DNA of 54,530 bases, the filler included, from Sphacelaria rigidula (lineage: Eukaryota), in the NCBI GenBank assembly GCA_964200075.2. It is 5 parts of 5 records of this genome, joined end to end, with 100 filler letters (N's around TTAATTAATTAA, not from the genome) between each part and the next. Parts side by side here need not be neighbours in the genome. Positions count along the whole stretch, not along the records: positions 21,856 to 32,680 come from CAXNAA020005847.1; positions 32,781 to 43,605 come from CAXNAA020005848.1; 3 more parts are not named here. One strand, given 5' to 3'. This document shows, piece after piece, positions 21,994-34,844 of this stretch. The position numbers and the translations under genes were made by a program. Position 1 is the stretch's first letter. Each line of letters opens with the position of its first letter. The notes under the pieces were generated by a model that ran no database searches, was not told the origin of the DNA, and was given only the letters and a program-made list of their open reading frames with translations.

Positions 21994-24900
21994 CTAGGTT
22001 TAGTATGCGAGAGCTGTAATACTTTGCGTCGCGTAGTTATTGAGACAGGGAGCAAACCGGCCTGAGACACTTCACGGCCCCCCCGTGCACACACAAGACC
22101 TAGTCACTCGCGCCGCGGATTTGCTCAATTCGCCAAAGCGGGTCCGAAAAAACCGAAGACGTTGAAGGAAACGCGTTTTACTGTACATTTTGTGTTTGGT
22201 GCGGCGGTTTGTAGAGTACTGCTGCCTCTGCGGCACGCGTTACGGAAATCTGCGTCGCGAGTGACCAGGTTTGATGTGTGAAGCGCACGCGTCAAACCGC
22301 AGTCCAACCTGCTTGATTACCGAGGGAACCGCCTTGAAAGATCGGCACAACAACATTCTGCAAGAAGAGAGGCACCACAACAACACGAGCAGCTGACTTC
22401 TATCTTCCTGTTGTTCTGACCCTGTGTATAGGTGTACAGCAACGTCAGTCGCAGGTTTGTTGTAGAATATACTATAAAAGTAGTACACTTCATATGAGCG
22501 AGGTCGTTATTTGGAGGTGACGCGTTTATTTTTGATTCATATGAACGGCTCGATTACGAGCCAATTTTTCTGCAGCGAGGGGTTGGTGTACATTTTCCCA
22601 AAATGTAGTGCCCAAAATCGGCGCCCATTCACCCCCATAACTGTACATGAGCTGTGTACCCCTCTCCTCCTCACCCACCCCGGGGTCGGAAACTAGTATC
22701 TCCGTCCAGACCAACAGGTGACTACAGTGCTGTGCCGTTTGTGCGGTTATACTGTACCCGTAATGTTGTGAGAGAGACAGGCCACCCTTATGCGTCGCAC
22801 TGTACTGTAGGTTTTCTTCTCCCGTGTGGTGAACAAAGCGTTGATGTCTATCAGATCGACGGTTGGCTTGTGCTTCGTACATGAGAAACTAAATAACTAC
22901 TACTGACACCACTCATACAACGTTTACTGTAGATGAGCGTCAGAAATGCAAGCTGCACGGAAAAGTGCGTATTCCTGCCCTTGCCTTATAGACGCGTGTG
23001 TTCTGCCAAATGTTCTGCCGGTGCTGGCCATCCACCATTATGTTCGGGCTACACATCGTACGCGCTACGGTATACTGCCACGTACTGCACTGTCCTGTAC
23101 TGTATTGTCGGACTCCATTTTTGCACATGAGCACAGAAACTGAGCCACTCCTGCCTACTTTTGAATCGGCTGTTGACTTTTCCCTTGGCCTGTGCTCTTG
23201 CGGTGTCCCCCTCTTGTGCCCGTTCGTAGTTATTTTACTTTTTATTGTCATGATTTCCGCGAGTTTGTTTTCCGTCCGTTTCCTTCCATGTTTCTGTTTG
23301 TTTTTGCGTTCGTTGTACGGTTTGCTGTAATTTTTTATTCTTCACTTCACTCCGTTTGTGTGTGCGCTACATCTTCTTGTTTTTTCCACTTTTGTTTTTT
23401 TATTCAGCGTTTCCTTTTCGTTTGCCTTGGGCGCGTCTATTTAGTGGATAATGACCAATCACGGTTTGGTCTCTGGGAGATCAGCTAATGTCCGATAACC
23501 AATCAAGCCATGCAACAACCGATGTAAAAGGATGAAATAACCCCCATTACTTCGAACAACCGGTGAATTATTATACATACACTGTGAACTGCCTGCGTTC
23601 CCAACTGAGGTCGTATCTCGGGGGAAAGATTTATTGGAAAACTGCTGTTGAATATAGATCAGAGAGCGAACCGTCTTCATACAGGAATGCTTGCGGGTTG
23701 ATTGCCAGGGGGTCAAGTTGTTTCGAACGTTTACCATGCTGTGATTTTCTTCATTTCTTGGAGAATAAAACAGAGGTTTTGGAAAAACGGCTTCATCAAC
23801 TCAAGCTACACGGATGCTTTGAAGGGCCCTTGCACCAAGGCATGTCCGATCTTCCTGGAAAACTGAAAAAAAAAAATGATATAAGTGGCCGAGTTCGATC
23901 CTACCCAAGACATCCTTCTGCTCTCCATACTTTTCCGCATCCGGGGATATGGCTGCGCTACCCCCGGGTCCGTACACATCGGCATGTAATTTGAGTGGCT
24001 ACACCTAACTCGGAGATGAGTATGTTTACCAAGTTCCAGGTTTCAGAGGTTGGTATTATAGATCCTACGAAATCGGATATCTTCATACCCTCTCATTTAT
24101 CCGTATGGATTTGTTGTTTGCTTGTTTGGGCCGGTAGATACGTCATACTTGAGATGAGAGCGAACCGTTACATTCGATTTCATTTTTTTCCTTCATCCGA
24201 TGCGGTGCAAACTTTCCCAGGAAGCGCATAAGCATCATATGGATATCAACATAGCGGTTACAGCCGAGTCACGTCGTTTTCGGCACCGTGATCCGCAAGC
24301 GTCTCTTTATACCCATCTGTCCATGTTCCCTCCGAAGGGTATTGACAACGCAAAATATTGGACGGTAGTGAAACCTGTGAGCGACACGCCTTCACCTTGC
24401 ACCGACTTTCACACTTGACAAACAGGCTGGCCGACGAAAAGCTGCTGCGGAATCGAAAGCTCGGTCGCGCTCCCCTTCTTTTCTGATGCGAAGAGATAAG
24501 ATGGGGAAAACGGTGCCCGGTACTTCTAATCATGGGACGGTACTATATCATCGACCTCAACTTCAGCACCGAGCGGGTAGCTCAGATTTTGGTCGACATT
24601 TCGAGCATGTGAGAACAGTGCAGAGCGACGTACAATATCCCGTTCGACCAACCCTTATCATAAAGGGAGTGTGATGCGTGTCTCGTAAGGAATCAAGTTG
24701 TTTCATGGAACAATACGGTATACACACAACGATGGCGGAAAACAAAAGCACCAAATTCCCTGGGCGTCACTCGGTAGATGTGCGTGCCTATCTTGCCATA
24801 AAGCGAGCTGGCGTCGATACGGCACCAGCTAAAGCCCCGTCATGGACGGTCTCTCTATGTAAGATTTGGCACATTTTCCCATAGCTTCGAGATGTGAACG

Positions 24901-26553
24901 GGAGTATTGAACGATGCGGCGCCAGACGTTTAGCCAAGCCCCCAACCTTGCCAGCGTCTTCCGGTCTGTCATTCCACGGTGTACAAATTGTACCAACCGC
25001 GCAACTAGGTCGGGGAGGGAGGAAGCTATGCCACTAGACCCAAGTCAGCTCCTGATGTTGTCCAAGCTGCAAGTCCGGCGAAGTGGGTGGAGGTTCGAGA
25101 TCGGAATCATGCTGCTAGGGGACCAGGCCCAACATCTCTGGCATTCGATCACTACCAAAGCGGTGATTACCGGGAAAGAAAACGAGCGCGCCCTTCCGGT
25201 GAGAGGTCGCGTGCGGAGAAAATGGGATTTACGGAAGGGGAGGAGCGTGCGGCAAAGAGGGTGGCGGCGGAGCTTTCATGGGGGATGCATACTCCAATAC
25301 TAAAATGTTGAGCGTCGTATGAGATATCCGTATCCTGACTTCTTCTGATTGTCTGGCTTGTTCTATTATTCCGGGAATATTCTCTGCAAAAAAATGAGTT
25401 TCGTGGAAGCTGTTTGAACCTCTAGACGTTCCACGTAGACCTTCAGATATTTTTGTGTATTTGAAATAGTTCAGAACAGAACGTCTCCGCGCCCTGGTTT
25501 TCGGAAGTGGCTGATCGCGCAAAAGTAAAACGGATCCTCCGTTATCAAGTGGGCTAACACTAACTGGTCGTACTCCCAGTGGTGAAGCCCGGACAGAGAA
25601 AACTTGTGTTGCGTTGGATTTCTCGGCAATAGTTGCAATTTTGGTGCTTGTATAATTACCCGCACGTACTGCGTCGTCCTCGCCATCACCACATCGAGGT
25701 AAGTCCACGAGATGAAATGAGTAAGAAAAATGGCGGGCAATGTCACAATCGACCAACACACGTTGCTCCACGCCATTCGATTGATGGCACGGCAGTCGTA
25801 AACGACAAGCAAAGCGAAGAGATTGAAGTCGATCCACATTTTGTGAGGCTTTGTATTGGTGCCGATATGGACTATCGTTGTTGTGAAACGATACAGTACT
25901 ATTTAATTTTGGTGATAGATTGGTCCATTGATTGATTACCGTACGTTGAAAGACCCATGGCGAATACAGCCGGGTCAGGGGATAGATGTGCCCAAGCCCA
26001 ATGGACGAGAAAATTTCTAATATATCGTAACGCATCGGTGATCAACGCCAAGATGTGAACAGCGTGCCTCTACTGAGTACGAACAATGGTACATAGGTCA
26101 TTGTCCATCCGGTGATGATGCCATGGGAAATGACCAATGCATTGGCTACATGCGGCGCGTAGTACAGTGCTCTGCCGCGATACAGTGGTCTGTTCGTGAA
26201 AATTTGTGCATGATCTTTTCAGTGAAGCTGGGCGCTCACTCTTTCCAAAGTTGTTTCACCATGATCAGTACGTTCTTATGTCACGTTGTACGCCTGCCGC
26301 ACAAGCATGCTGATCGATGTTGAAGGGAAGTGAAGCTAAGTTGCGATTTTCTATTCACCTCCAGCGGAGCTTCCAGCGCGGAACCCTTCTCAGTCGGGGA
26401 GTGGAGCGTGTTGGCACGGGCTTGTGCCTTCGCCCGGTGCCTGAGCCGCGGCAACCGATATTTTTGTGCTATACTGGCTTCATCTACCGATATACAAAGA
26501 TATTGTGTTTTTACAAGTTTCAACGCACCGAGGTCTTCCTCCATTCGAGACAT
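21994..26553 (-). CDS. Putative multi-exon gene of unknown function
   Basis: Candidate first exon 26553-26359 (ATG..GAG|GTGAAT, 65 codons); 268-codon ORF 25229-26035; phase-compatible exons 22866-22806, 22692-22558, 22421-22309; AG|GTAAGT donor at 21993. No recognisable domain; middle exons unresolved. Confidence 0.4.
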
Positions 26554-26808
26554 CGTTGCATGATCGCACTACCGCCACTTCAGTTGATTTCACCCCCTCA
26601 TGGTGACGAGTAATTGATACATTGATCGATTGCCGCACGCTCTCATCCGCTCACGATCTCAGCCGTGGTGAACAAATACACGTATCGACACACGATACGC
26701 GAAAACGTGCTCCACACACAAGGTATGAGCATCGCCCAAGCCCACGGGCCGTCAACCTCCCGGCGGTTTTGCGTTATCGTACCTCTTTGTCTCCTACACC
26801 TTCAACAG

Positions 26809-27123
26809 CGAGGCCAGGCAGTGCACCCTTCCCTCGTGGACGCTTGCGGCAGCCAGTCGCGGCACCATTAACAGAGCGCCAGCGTCTGAAGTCGCAACGA
26901 GCCTCGGCCTGGCTAGCTCCCCGGATCAAACGACTCGAAAAGCACACCGATGACCTGATTCGGGCCTGTAGCGGCACGGGATCTGGCAGCTTTTCTTCAC
27001 ACGATCCCTTCCGATATCTGCGGGAAGCGCGGTCGAAGTCTCGACATCGTGGTGAACGGCGCCGAAATCGAAGCTATCCAAAACAACCATTGCCCAGCGT
27101 GACACCGACGACGTCTCTGTATG
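26809..27123 (+). CDS. Exon of SAM-domain protein (basic N-terminal region)
   Basis: Pyrimidine tract + ACAG acceptor, G|GTGAGA donor; the phase-1 end joins the next exon as GAC. Confidence 0.6.
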
Positions 27124-27532
27124 GTGAGAGGAAGTCACGTGAATCATTGACAGTGTGGCTGCGTACTTCATCAATGGTGGTCCAATGCACGAGAAGCAAG
27201 CGGCATACTATCAAAACGTATACCCCAGGGTGAAAATATTTGCCTGGTCAGGAGATCTCATTGTGTGTGTGTGTGTGTGTGTATTTCAGATATATGGCTC
27301 GCATGGCGTGTGAGATGTCCATACACCTGAATGCGATGCGAATGTTCTGAAATCTGGGCTCAGGAGTGTGTGCTACATAGCCCAACGAATAGCTGTTGTA
27401 TGTGTATGCACGTTCTTTCTAGATATCTCCAGGCGTGAAACCTGCAATGATTCGAAGATTCCAGACAAGGTGCTCGCCCTACTCATATCTTCGTGCAACG
27501 ACAACACGTCCGGAATTATACCTGTTGCACAG

Positions 27533-27692
27533 ACGAGAGGATGGAAGACCTGGGAAGGGGTGCGGTGGTCCGACTTCTTGCGAACCTTGGTATGGGTCGA
27601 TACGCTCACAGATTCCGCGCTTTCGGAGTGACGGGGTCTGATCTGGCTTCTTCCACGGAAGATGACTTGATTCAGATTGGAGTCAACTTCAG
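27533..27692 (+). CDS. Exon encoding most of a SAM (sterile alpha motif) domain
   Basis: CACAG / AG|GTGAAG; peptide VVRLLANLGMGRYAHRFRAFGVTGSDLASSTEDDLIQIGVNFR. Confidence 0.85.
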
Positions 27693-29075
27693 GTGAAGGA
27701 AAGTGACACTTAGGAAGAGATTATCTATTTTAGCCTGGGCGCCAGTTGAGCCCTGGAGCAAAAGAGGCGTACCTGACACCGAGGATTTCACGCCCGCTTC
27801 ATATAGAAAATATCTCGAAATTGCGTAATATAGGATACAATACAGTACTTCGAAGTTCTGAGTGCATCAGCGTATTTGCAGCAGCGAGTACCCCCGAAAC
27901 CTGGAATACCCACCGTCCTAAAAATTCATTCTCGTAGGGAAAGTACTCAGTGCAGTACTCCGTGCCTCCAAGTACCTGAGGCATTGATTTCTCCAAAGAG
28001 CTGAGTATCCTACCTCCGAAAATACTAGGTACGATACTGAGAGTGTTCAGTATAGTGAGAGTATCCTTAAGTACCCGCAATACCGAGAATGCAAGACGCC
28101 GAGTAATTCAGAGTGCCTGAAGGATTGACTACCGAACTACCGGGCGTCTGAGAGTGCCTCGAGTATCTATTCCCCGATTCCTAGAGAGCACTGACTCCCG
28201 AATACCGCCATTACAGACACCTCAATACTGGACAATGGTCAATCCTAGGTACAATGCACGTACCGTAGATACCCATTGAAGGGTTTGATGTCGCATGGTA
28301 CCTCAATACTAGAGAATGATCTGTCCTGGGTACAATGCACGTATCGTAGATACTCACGGAGGGTTTTGATGTCACAGGGTGACACCTTGTGTGGTCAAAA
28401 GCCATACCGCCTGTTCTCATCGGCGAGCTTCACAAATACACATCCTTATTCTTATGAAGGAATTCACAAAATGGCAGAGTACCAGGTTACATAGCGGCGC
28501 GTGTAGTGCACGTACATGCAAACCGCTGCCAGCCGCAACAGTTGTCACATCGTCAGTGACATTTACATTGCGTGTGGAGCATCGTGTGTATCAAGTGTGT
28601 TGCCCATTGTTATAGCTATCTTCAGTGCTTGCAGCTCAGCCACTGTACGCTTTAGTATGACTGTTATCTGCTTCCCAAAGCAGAGTGGGACCTCTCGAGC
28701 ATTACTGCGTACCCGCTCAAATCAAGACCCCCAAGGTACTCAACCTTTCACAGGGTGCCGTGTGTTTTTGTAACATGGGTATCAGTACTACCAGTACAAA
28801 TTAGAATCTGCTCTACATTACTGAGTATTCTGCAGCTCCTTCAGTGCTGACTGCTCCAAAGTACTGAATAGGTTACAGTACGTATAGCATCGACTCCTGC
28901 AGACTCCGGGGCACCTCAGACTACCTGCAGTACCCAACCTCCGAAATAACCTTTAGGGTTACGGTATGGTACAAGGAGCCACGAGGATATCACTCGGTAC
29001 CCGCAGTATGTGGATTACGCACGCTTGAAAACGCTCGATCTAGCACCGGGAGTAGTCAACATGGTACTCAGTACC

Positions 29076-29330
29076 GACACTTTCTACAATAGCCCCCCCC
29101 CGCGTAAGTGCATGGTTTTGGGAGGCAAAATCTTCACATAAATCGAAATGGGAAAAGCCGAGCACAACGCGAAGCTGGGAATTCCCACGCTTGGGTTTGT
29201 TCTAGCCAATGTCGCCACTCTAATATGAGGCGCTTCATGCAGCCTGAAACCGAACATCAGGCGCTGTATGGCCATTGTTTTCGTGACACTTTTGAGCTGG
29301 TTTTGGGGGGGGGCTATCGTAGAAAGTGTC
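29076..29330. mobile_element. MITE, GACACTTTCTAC family, 4-bp TSD TACC
   Basis: TIRs GACACTTTCTAC..GTAGAAAGTGTC; TACC at 29072-29075 and 29331-29334; interior aligns with the 15329 copy. Confidence 0.92.
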
Positions 29331-29863
29331 TACCCCCGAGTACGTTGAATCACAAGTTTCAAGTACCGGGCCAGTATCTGGAGTACCCATCCCCGAGAAT
29401 ACTCGGCCTAGTACTGGGAATACTCCATCAGTACCGTTACCTCGAAATACTAAGTATTGGGGAGTATATGGAGTATCCACCGCCAAGGTGCTGAGCACTG
29501 CGAGGCACCTAGAATCTGGACACCGGAAAATACTTGTTGTCGGACCCGACCCTATCCTACGCACTTTCGAAACACATGTGCAGCGTGACAACAACTGAGA
29601 GAGAGGAGTAGATGATCGATTTTTTCGATGACTGAAGAGGCATACGCCGCCCGTTCGAGTACCGTAAACTTTAAACAAAGATCACGGGTCGCAGCTGGCG
29701 AAGCTTGTCTTTTGTATCGTTGAAGTACGGCACATGGAACGATCAGAGATACGAAGGGGTGATCTGCTTCGAAACGCTGTATCGCGGAAGGTGTCGCTCT
29801 TGGCGCGTCATCATTACTGTTCGATAACCGTCGATTTCGGACGCACCTCTCTCTTGCATGCAG

Positions 29864-30714
29864 ACCCCACCGACTACGCTTGCTAAGTGAGGTTCGAAGG
29901 TGGAAACGAACGCAACGACGGAGAAGCAGGACTGATGAAAGTCAACGAAAAATCTCTCGATCATCCCCCGATGACAGCCCCCGCATCCGGCAGGAACACT
30001 CCACCACAGCCAACGACGCTTCCTCGGACCCACCACTGACAATGTCGCATGTACCGCACATTGAAAATGTTCCGGCGCACTCATGCAATGCTGAAGATGC
30101 CGAAGAATCTCCTGAAACAGTCCACAAACCAGAAACAGACTTGAGCGAAGGAACTATCGAAGACACTGAAAGGAGCGCTCAGGAAGACACCGCCAGTGCG
30201 CGACTACACAACATGAGATCTTCGGAAGGCGCACCTCGATCGTCATCAACCGATCCAGGCTTGCCAGAAGATGCAGCCCACGCTCCTATCATTGCCGTCG
30301 ACTCGCCGCGCCACAGCGCATCGACAACAACGCCTGTGTGGGATCGGAACGAGGATCTCGTAGAGTGCACACGGCAATCAATTCCATCGGGCGCGGCGGC
30401 GTCAGGGGTGGTGCGTGATGCCGGAGCCGCGGTTGCAAATGTCAGACAATCTCCGTCAACCACCGATAAGGATAGCGGGCATGAGCTAGAGACCAAAAGG
30501 CCGCGGTCGGAAAATATTGAGGAAGATGGTTGCACGTCACAAGCGCCTCGCGAAAATTTTGAGGTGCTGAACAGCTCAAGGGGAGTAGAAACCGGTGCCA
30601 GAGAGTGCTGGAACGAACATAAAGGGGAGCGAGGTAACGATTCGGTTGGGCTCGCACCCCGCCGAACCCCTTGTGCTGAGTGCTCGGCAGGCGACATCAT
30701 TTCCAACGGCAAGG
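29864..30714 (+). CDS. Exon completing the SAM domain (PHRLRLLSEV) plus a long disordered region
   Basis: TGCAG acceptor; phase-2 join gives VNFR-PHRLRLL; the donor at 30715 was chosen for phase compatibility with the next exon. Confidence 0.78.
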
Positions 30715-31150
30715 GTACACTGCACATTTCAAATGTTCGGGACGTCAACGTACGAGTATCTTTCGGAGAGAAGAATCATTTCCTGCGGGTTAGTACCTGC
30801 AACCACTTGGTACGAATCAAGCCTGCAAATGGCCTCGGTGAGTTATGCGGCATAAACGACGGTTGGGCTGGATGAGTTCTGCAGATCTGTGGGACGGTTC
30901 CGCGCGATATTAAGCGTGACGACGTTTCCCGGCATGTGGGTAAAGAAAAATATTCAAGAAGTCCGCTAGAGGTCAAATACGTAGGGTTGAACGACTGCAC
31001 GCGCAACATGCATTGCTGAATATTGCACACATTGTTTACGTAAGTGCCATCCTGCTCTGGATCATAGCATCGGGTGGCTCTACTTTCATCTTCAACAACT
31101 GAACATCGACACTTAGCATGTGCAACAATGCCGACGAGCGTATTTTGCAG

Positions 31151-31425
31151 GTGACGATGTTTCGCTACCCTCAACAGGGGCGGAGCATGTCCGGGCAGAG
31201 GTGGGGCTATCGTTCAGGGTAACAGGCCAAGATCTCGCAGCAGGAGGCGTTAATGTAGAACTGTGTGGCGATGGAACCGGCTCTCAAAACGCCCTTGCCT
31301 CCGGTAGTATAACAGGCGGAACCACATTGGAGCTCCTGAAACGCTCAAACTCAAACGCTGGAGCTCATCCTAGTTGCGGACCCTCGTTGGTTGCGGGCGC
31401 CTCACATGCTGGCGTTGATACGGAG
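31151..31425 (+). CDS. Exon of SAM-domain protein
   Basis: TTTTGCAG acceptor, GAG|GTGAGA donor, open frame, phases 1 and 0. Confidence 0.68.
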
Positions 31426-31535
31426 GTGAGATGCCCATCGGCGGAATTCGATTTGAATGACAGGTGTTTTTCCGGGTAGGGTGGCGGGAGGGTGACTTCG
31501 CCGGGCTACTGTGTTGTGTTCACCTTTTTGTGCAG

Positions 31536-31689
31536 GTTGCTGGTCTTTTTACGAGGAGTCGTATTTTGCGATCCCTCAGTGCAATACCTCTGCATTGTAG
31601 TCAAGGGATCAAACACGCAAGCCCCTCTCTCGATGACCAAAATCCACAAAAACTCGACGATGGGGTCTCCTGTGTTTCGAAATCACCGA
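31536..31689 (+). CDS. Probable exon of SAM-domain protein
   Basis: TTTTTGTGCAG acceptor, phase 0; weak donor GTACCC chosen by phase. Confidence 0.4.
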
Positions 31690-31897
31690 GTACCCGCGTG
31701 GATCCTTGCCTAGGATAATAAACAGGGTTGTACATTGCCCGGTGGGTTAGGGCACTTGGGAAGGTTGTGGCTCGCGTGACCGGGGACACTTAAGTGCTTC
31801 CGTCTCGTTGACTAAAACACTCTTCAGGTACGATTGTTCGCCAAGGCCGGGGGGGGTGACGTCGGCGGTTGCATCGTGAACCTCTTGTTTCGGCCAG

Positions 31898-32124
31898 ATA
31901 GTACGCGTGTGCTGGATCAACATGTGCAAGCTGCTGAAGTCGCATATAGAGACGATAATCCCGCGAAAACAGCCGATGACGTCTTGAGTGGAATTTTGGT
32001 GGCGGCTGAGGTACCACAGGATGCCATCCTAACTGCCGAGGATAAGCGACAGTCGTCTCTGCTCCTAGAGGAAGCTGCGTGGCATATAGAGGAAGTTGCC
32101 CGGCATATGGACAGCATCAATGAG
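31898..32124 (+). CDS. Probable exon of SAM-domain protein (acidic, helical)
   Basis: CCAG acceptor; peptide TADDVLSGILVAAEV..LLLEEAAWHIEEVARHMDSINE; 3' end uncertain (possible GC donor). Confidence 0.5.
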
Positions 32125-32610
32125 GCGAGCTCTCAGACGTTTAGCTGCAATTTTGGAAGTGCCCTCGCTCGTGAACGAAGCAAGACATGTATTAAATTCA
32201 GCCCCAACATTTCCCGCTCTCTGTTCGGCATAATGGTATGGTGGTACGTTTCGTCGTCATGTTTGGTGCTGGGAATGGGCTTGGCGAGGTAGCTCTAGTT
32301 CATCGCTGGTCAAGCCTTCACACCACGTCCATGAGTCGAAACACGATTGCTGCAACGGGGATGATTACCGTATGGAGTTCCCGGGTAAACGGTGCCGACA
32401 GGATAAAACAACAAGGATCTTGCCGAACATTTGCTGCGTATAGCTTACATCATTTCGGCTCGGAGCTGTATACATCAAGTACAAAGTCAACAACTTACTG
32501 GATCCTAGCTGCTATGATGTGCCAAAGGTCTGCAGGCCCTGCAGAAGAACATACGACTGTCTCGTGAGCTCGATCGTCGTCAGCTATCACTCAAGTCATT
32601 CACACAACAA

Positions 32611-32650
<40 letters not shown>

Positions 32651-32680
32651 CCCCCCCCCCCGCCCCCCCCCCCCTCCCCC

Positions 32681-32780
32681 NNNNNNNNNNNNNNNNNNNN
32701 NNNNNNNNNNNNNNNNNNNNNNNNTTAATTAATTAANNNNNNNNNNNNNNNNNNNNNNNNNNNNNNNNNNNNNNNNNNNN
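32681..32780. other. Artificial 100-bp contig linker
   Basis: Same structure, core at 32725-32736. Confidence 0.97.
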
Positions 32781-32987
32781 CGGCTTTGTAGGGATGCGAG
32801 GTCAATGGTCTTATGACTATGGCATGCATGATCATGAGTTCCACCCCCTCACGAACCCGGCGAAAACCTGGCGTGCTCCATGCCGGCGTCTTAGCGATGC
32901 GAGGTCTATGATCTTCTGACTCGGGCATGCAAACTCACGAGTACAGCTCTGTCATCCACTTTGGGATACTTCCATTACTCGCTGCAG

Positions 32988-33179
32988 GCTCGAGCTCAGG
33001 CAGAGGGGGAGGCCGCTGGCGGTGAAGGTGCGGAGAAGGGTGGCGGTGCCAATGGTGGCGGTGCCAATGGTGGCGGTGCGGGTGGTAGTGGGGCGCCACG
33101 CAAGGCTGTCTCTCGGACTGAGTGCTGTGAGGATCACGCGGATCAGGAGAGGAGGAAACGGCGGGAGCTTGCCCTCAAG
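32988..33179 (+). CDS. CXXC-WSD chromatin protein, exon a (Gly-rich)
   Basis: CTGCAG / AAG|GTGTCG, 192 bp, phases 0-0. Confidence 0.75.
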
Positions 33180-34267
33180 GTGTCGATTTTCTTTGATGTA
33201 ATCTCGCTGAATGGCGGAGGGAACGGGGGACGTTCATTTTTGGCCGCGGCTGGATTTCCCTCGGGGGTCCCTCAATTTGCGGCAATCGGTTAGCTTTGAT
33301 ATTGATTGATTGGTTGGTTGATTAATTGATTGATTGATTATCGCACTTTCACTGACCCCCAAGGGGTCCAGCCGTGGTCTCATGACAGACGTACGCAAGA
33401 AAAACGAAACTGAAACACGCTCTGAGAAAAAAGAAGTAACATTGCGGATCAGATAAGCACTCCCGCGCACCATGACTGGCTCTCAGCCTTGAGATTTCTT
33501 GACTCCTCGCCTTCTCACGCCGTGAAGAGAGGAAAATCACATGTTGCCATGATAGTGTGTAGGGTCTTTGTTAAGGGGACATTTTTTCCGTTTTTGGTCT
33601 TCTTCTTTTCTGTTCTCCTTTTCCGAAAATTGGTGGGGGGAAAAAAAATTCAAATTTTCTCGGGAAAAAAAATGGTGAGATGAAAATTCCGACGAGTAGA
33701 TTTTTGGGGGGTGAAAAATCCGTAGTCCGTGTTGAATTGATGTTCTTGTCTGACCTGGATGGGTTGAGAAATCTGTTATCATACCTTACGGGATTTTTTT
33801 TCTCTCGCAATCAGAAATTTCGGTGAAGAAACGGACCTGTTCGTAATGTATACGCCAGAGGGAAAGAATACTCGCTCATGTCGGCATGCAACTTTTTTTG
33901 GAATACTAGCTGTTGTTATACCAGCTTGACCCCACGGCATCGGTCGCGGCGGTTATAACCGCACTGAAATGCGAGACTTCCGCTGCGTACTCACCATCGA
34001 GATCCAACATGCACATATATCCGCAGCAATCTACAGTACCGACCTACCAACTGATTGGCTCTCCTCTTTTTTTCTCGTTTTTTTTTTCTCCTTTTTTTTC
34101 TTTCCTCATTTCTTCCAACATAATGTTTGTGACTGCGTGTGTTTCTATTTTCGTCTCACTTTTATTTTTTTTCATTCTCTTTATTTTTTGTTGGCGGGTG
34201 GGTATCGTCCTGTGCCCCTTGTCTCGTTTGTTTTCCCTTCATCTTGAACGTCCCGCATAAAACGAAG

Positions 34268-34461
34268 AACGTGGTGGTCGAGCGCATCATTGAATCGAAG
34301 ATACGGGCGGAGAAAAAGAAAAATCGATTAAAAGAAGAGGCGTCGGGAGAGACGTCCGAGGCGGCCGCGGGAGAAAACAATGGCAAAGGTGGTACTACCG
34401 CTAAGCGCAAGCGGTGCGGGAACTGTGCGGGGTGCCGAGCGAAGGCGTGCGATCGATGCAA
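34268..34461 (+). CDS. CXXC-WSD chromatin protein, exon b (first half of zf-CXXC)
   Basis: Ends KRKRCGNCAGCRAKACDRC; AA|GTGAGT donor, phase 2. Confidence 0.88.
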
Positions 34462-34553
34462 GTGAGTGCGTAACATTTTTCAGTATTATTTATTTACTTT
34501 TTGACTTATTTACTTACTCACTTATTTATTTACTCATTTATTTGCTTACTTAC

Positions 34554-34783
34554 GACACTTTCTACGATAACCCCCGCCAAGAAAGTGCATGGTTTTGGGA
34601 GCCAAAATCTTCACGTAAATCGAGATGGGAAAAGCCGAGCACAGCGAGAAGCTGGGAANNNNNNNNNNTGTCGCCAATATGAGGCGCTTCATACAGCCTG
34701 AACCCGAACATCAGGCGCTCTATGGCCACTTTTTTCGCGACACTTTTAGCTGGTTTTGGGAGGGGGCAATCGTAGAAAGTGTC
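34554..34783. mobile_element. MITE, GACACTTTCTAC family (internal 10-N gap)
   Basis: Same TIRs and interior; flanks TTAC/TTAA (3 of 4 match). Confidence 0.88.
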
Positions 34784-34844
34784 TTAATTATAATTTTTTT
34801 TTTTAATATAATTATTTATTTGTCGCACTTTGAAGTGCTTCCCT

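Noticed and set aside
25640-25704. Plus-strand exon ending at a perfect GAG|GTAAGT donor
   Set aside because: The phase needed to join the SAM gene has a TAA at 25653 with no acceptor after it
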